A DNA stretch of 64,000 nucleotides, taken from an uncultured Clostridia bacterium (GTDB taxonomy: Bacteria; Bacillota; Clostridia; Oscillospirales; Acutalibacteraceae). A program made the translations under genes and the position numbers. The stretch spans positions 5,653 through 69,652 of the forward strand of contig CANROX010000001.1 in assembly GCA_947632335.1 (NCBI GenBank), given 5' to 3'. The notes beneath the pieces are model-generated. The model saw only the letters and a list, made by a program, of their open reading frames with translations. It ran no database searches and had not been told where the DNA came from. Positions within the stretch are counted from its first letter, which is position 1; the number at the start of each line of letters is the position of its first letter. Positions 61,138 through 64,000 of the stretch are shown piece after piece.

Positions 61138-62833
61138 ATTCAGATACTGAAAGGTGTTTTTGAATTGCCGTACAGTCCCTGATGTTTACCTTGCCGTCCT
61201 CATTAAAGTCAGAATTTTCATAACTATGTCCTGTCAGATTTCGGCTGTGAACAGTATATTTTTGAATCAATGTTACATCGGCTATATTCAGCTTACCGTC
61301 TAAATTTGCGTCACCTTTAATCTGGCTTTCCCTTGTTGTAATTGCCTTTATTACCAGAGTACCGCCCTCGTCATCGCCGCAGTATTCTTTGTAGAAATCC
61401 AGCACTTCCTGTAGTTTATCCTGATAGTAAACATAGGACAGTCCCTCTTTTGTATCCGGTGTAAAAATTCTTCTTGTATCTGTTATATCAAGCCATTCGG
61501 CAACACCGATACCATTTAAAATTTTGTCATTGTCAATCTTTGTTGTGTCAATCCTTACGCCGATACCTGCTTTTCCCTTTGGAAGTTTAAAATTGTTAAT
61601 ATCGTTGCTTATATATCCGCTGTAATTTACCTTGCCAAAACCAAGTTCTTTCCACTGAGTCTTATCGGTTGTGGGAACATTCTTTTCATCAAGGGGAATG
61701 TAATACAGTGTATAATCGGCGCCAATGCTTTGGCTTTCAAAGACTATAGTATCAATGTACTCATTTTCCTTATCAAAGTCCAAAACATTGATATACACAT
61801 TGTCCTTTGAACCAATGGTATATTCCTGTAAATCATCGGGGTTATCCTCGGGATATGAGTAAAGGGTATCGTCTAAATATTTAAACTCATATGTAGCGCC
61901 GAATATTTCGTTTTGATATATGTTGTTGTATTCCTGCACAGTAGAATAGTTTGTATAGCAGAAAGATGGACCGAAAACATCAGAAAACAGATAATAGTCG
62001 TTATAGGAAATCCAGAAATATCCCCCAAGGGAATTGTAGTTTCCCCAACTGTTCTTGCAAAGCCATGCTCCGTCTGTAGGAGGTGGGGTTCTAAAGTTAT
62101 CTTTGCTGTAATCGTCGTCCCATCCCACAACGCTAATATTGTGTCCGAAAACGGTATCGGTTTCGCCGGGGCAATAGGTGGTTAGACTGTTGCTGTATGC
62201 GTCGTCGGCATTATAGCTTGATGTAACTGCGCCGTAGTCCATTATACATTTTTTAATTGTGTCCGCACTCTCACCGTTCACATACATAGCACCTGTTACG
62301 CCATAGTGGATATCTTCCTTTTTGTTTGGGTCAAAGGAGGAAAGGGGAGTGTGGAAAGGAAAGATGTTTTCACTTACTGCACCGGACCAGCTTGTCATAT
62401 ATCCCAGTGAAATATAGGGATAGCCTGCGTCGTTTTCATATTCCCTTGCCCAGCCTGTGCCGTTTTCTCTCAAAGTACCCCATGCGTCCATATGGGCGGG
62501 AGAGAACCAACTTGAACTAACAGGTGAAATTTTGCCGTCCTTTACAAGCATAGTTTCCCAGGAGGATAGGGCACCGAATGCCCAGCAGAGATTTGTTGCC
62601 TCCTGATTTCTGACAGGGGTTTGGTAACCCATATCAAGGGAACTGTAGGACCTGGGAAGAGATTCCTTTACTTTAAGGGTTGTTTCCAAGCCGTCAAAGC
62701 TAATGGGGAGAACCGCACTGTTTGCTGAATCAGGTATAGTTTGAATGTTTGCGGCACCTGCAGAGAAGCCTATGGATGTAACTGTCAGCAGTAAAATTAA
62801 AACCACTGATGTCGTTCTTACAAATTTTTTCAT
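61136..62833 (-). CDS. Secreted papain-like (C1 family) cysteine peptidase with a C-terminal dockerin
   Basis: Signal peptide. The NQEATNLCWAFGALSS active-site Cys context and the downstream HNISVVGWDD His. The C-terminus GDANLDGKLNIADVTLIQKY...SDFNEDGKVNIRDCTAIQKHL is a duplicated dockerin EF-hand. Confidence 0.8.
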   Translation of the reverse strand: MKKFVRTTSVVLILLLTVTSIGFSAGAANIQTIPDSANSAVLPISFDGLETTLKVKESLPRSYSSLDMGYQTPVRNQEATNLCWAFGALSSWETMLVKDGKISPVSSSWFSPAHMDAWGTLRENGTGWAREYENDAGYPYISLGYMTSWSGAVSENIFPFHTPLSSFDPNKKEDIHYGVTGAMYVNGESADTIKKCIMDYGAVTSSYNADDAYSNSLTTYCPGETDTVFGHNISVVGWDDDYSKDNFRTPPPTDGAWLCKNSWGNYNSLGGYFWISYNDYYLFSDVFGPSFCYTNYSTVQEYNNIYQNEIFGATYEFKYLDDTLYSYPEDNPDDLQEYTIGSKDNVYINVLDFDKENEYIDTIVFESQSIGADYTLYYIPLDEKNVPTTDKTQWKELGFGKVNYSGYISNDINNFKLPKGKAGIGVRIDTTKIDNDKILNGIGVAEWLDITDTRRIFTPDTKEGLSYVYYQDKLQEVLDFYKEYCGDDEGGTLVIKAITTRESQIKGDANLDGKLNIADVTLIQKYTVHSRNLTGHSYENSDFNEDGKVNIRDCTAIQKHLSVSE

Positions 62834-62967
62834 TTTAATAACCTCTTTTTATGGTTTTAATAGATTTATATTTACCTATACGATTATATCAAATTATTCT
62901 GACTATGTAAAGAATATAAAGTGCTGAAAAACTTATACTATTTTTGTAAAGATTGTGAGGTAATATA

Positions 62968-63855
62968 ATGGAGAGAAGAACGGACCTTGCCCTTGAGGCA
63001 AGAGAGCTTTTTGGAGAGGATATTAAGGGAGTTGCCTTTGAAGAGGAGGAAAGGGAAAATATTCACATAACAAGGCTTAAAATTAAAAACGACCAGGCAG
63101 GCAGACAGCTCAACAAGGAAAAGGGAACATATATTACCTTAGAACTTCCCCCTCTTACAGATTCATTTCGTGAGCCAGACGAAAGAATAAAGGTTATCTC
63201 CGAAGAAATAAGAAAACTCCTGCCTGTTAATGGTTTAGTACTTATAGCGGGTTTGGGAAATATGGAAATTACACCTGACGCACTGGGTCCCAAATCTGCC
63301 GGAAGAATACTGGCAACCCGCCATATTAAGGGGGATATTGCCTCTGCAACAGGTCTTGATAAGCTAAGACCTGTGGCTGTAGTTGCCACAGGCGTGACGG
63401 GAAAAACAGGTATTGAAACCGGTGAATACTTAATGAGCCTTATTAAAAAAATTAAGCCCAACGCGGTCATAGCTATTGACGCCCTTGCCTCCAGAAGGCT
63501 GTCAAGGCTGGGCTGTACTTTGCAGATAAGCAATACGGGGATTTCCCCCGGGGCAGGGGTAGGCAACAACAGGACAAAGCTGACTCAGGAAACCCTGGGT
63601 ATTCCTGTAATCGGAATTGGCGTTCCCACGGTGGTTGAAGCGTCCACCCTAGCAATAGATTTATTTGACACGGAGGACATAAGACTTTCACGAAAGCTCC
63701 GCTCAATGGTAAACCCCTCCGGCAGACAAATGGTGGTTACCCCAAAGGAAATTGATTTGCTGATAAACAGAGCCTCAGAGCTTATTGCCCTGTCTGTAAA
63801 CTATGCACTGCACCCGGATTTGGCAATTTCAGATTTGCTCTCCCTAATGTATTAA
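62968..63855 (+). CDS. gpr: Germination protease (GPR endopeptidase)
   Basis: MERRTDLALEARE...GLGNMEITPDALGP...IAIDALASR; typical Gpr motifs and length. Confidence 0.9.
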   Translation: MERRTDLALEARELFGEDIKGVAFEEEERENIHITRLKIKNDQAGRQLNKEKGTYITLELPPLTDSFREPDERIKVISEEIRKLLPVNGLVLIAGLGNMEITPDALGPKSAGRILATRHIKGDIASATGLDKLRPVAVVATGVTGKTGIETGEYLMSLIKKIKPNAVIAIDALASRRLSRLGCTLQISNTGISPGAGVGNNRTKLTQETLGIPVIGIGVPTVVEASTLAIDLFDTEDIRLSRKLRSMVNPSGRQMVVTPKEIDLLINRASELIALSVNYALHPDLAISDLLSLMY

Positions 63856-63939
63856 TAGAGTATAAACTGTACAAACTCTGCATATATTTTAAAGGCAATT
63901 AGTATTACTTCAGAAAAATCAGTTGAAAGAGGTGGCAGG

Positions 63940-64000
63940 TTGAGGGAGAGCAGATATTTCCGAGGTTTGTGTGTAGTTCTTGCATCTATTGCATTTGTGG
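63940..64000 (+). CDS. 5-prime end of a probable membrane protein, possibly spoIIP (runs off the window)
   Basis: A TTG start follows the AGAGGTGG SD. Translation (M)RESRYFRGLCVVLASIAFV looks like an N-terminal TM segment. gpr-spoIIP adjacency is common in spore formers. Only 20 codons are visible. Confidence 0.3.
   Translation, partial: MRESRYFRGLCVVLASIAFV

Overview
All calls come from reading the sequence and ORF translations by eye; no searches were run. The window looks like a chromosomal segment of an AT-rich, spore-forming Clostridia-type Firmicute with a starch-degrading, cohesin/dockerin lifestyle (Ruminococcus-like; this is inference only). It is densely coded with mostly housekeeping genes. 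From left to right: an SDR gene followed by two giant LicD-family genes (the left one runs off the window and is missing from the ORF track); ABC-F and a LysR regulator; adhE behind two Rex boxes; pncA-nadE; a GH13 amylase; a THF-riboswitch-controlled folate operon (folE, HD protein, folP, folBK, folA); a TetM/EF-G-like GTPase fused to a Rae1/YacP NYN RNase; a LacI regulator with a NitT/TauT-type ABC transporter; a MATE pump; an L,D-transpeptidase; cysK; a PLP decarboxylase; a SCIFF RiPP pair whose 50-aa precursor is absent from the ORF track; and a type III glutamine synthetase with a leader terminator, lying divergent from an ANTAR pseudo-receiver regulator. That regulator heads carA, a carB-dapF in-frame fusion, pyrG and dapL. 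The right half continues with a second GH13 amylase with Big_2 repeats, glyQS, an N-terminal-dockerin repeat protein, a cyclase/HAD/queH group, T-box(Leu)-controlled leuA, galE, three membrane-anchored surface proteins (one cohesin-like, two with starch-binding-like modules), a family 4 UDG, pduL, a dockerin-bearing papain-like peptidase, gpr and a probable spoIIP start. I saw no rRNA, tRNA, CRISPR array, transposase or integrase. The best candidate for something undescribed is the 860-aa translational GTPase-NYN nuclease fusion (19208..21790). Next come the carB-dapF fusion, the glnA/ANTAR attenuation module, the SCIFF locus with an internal attenuator, and the cohesin/dockerin/CBM-like surface proteins.
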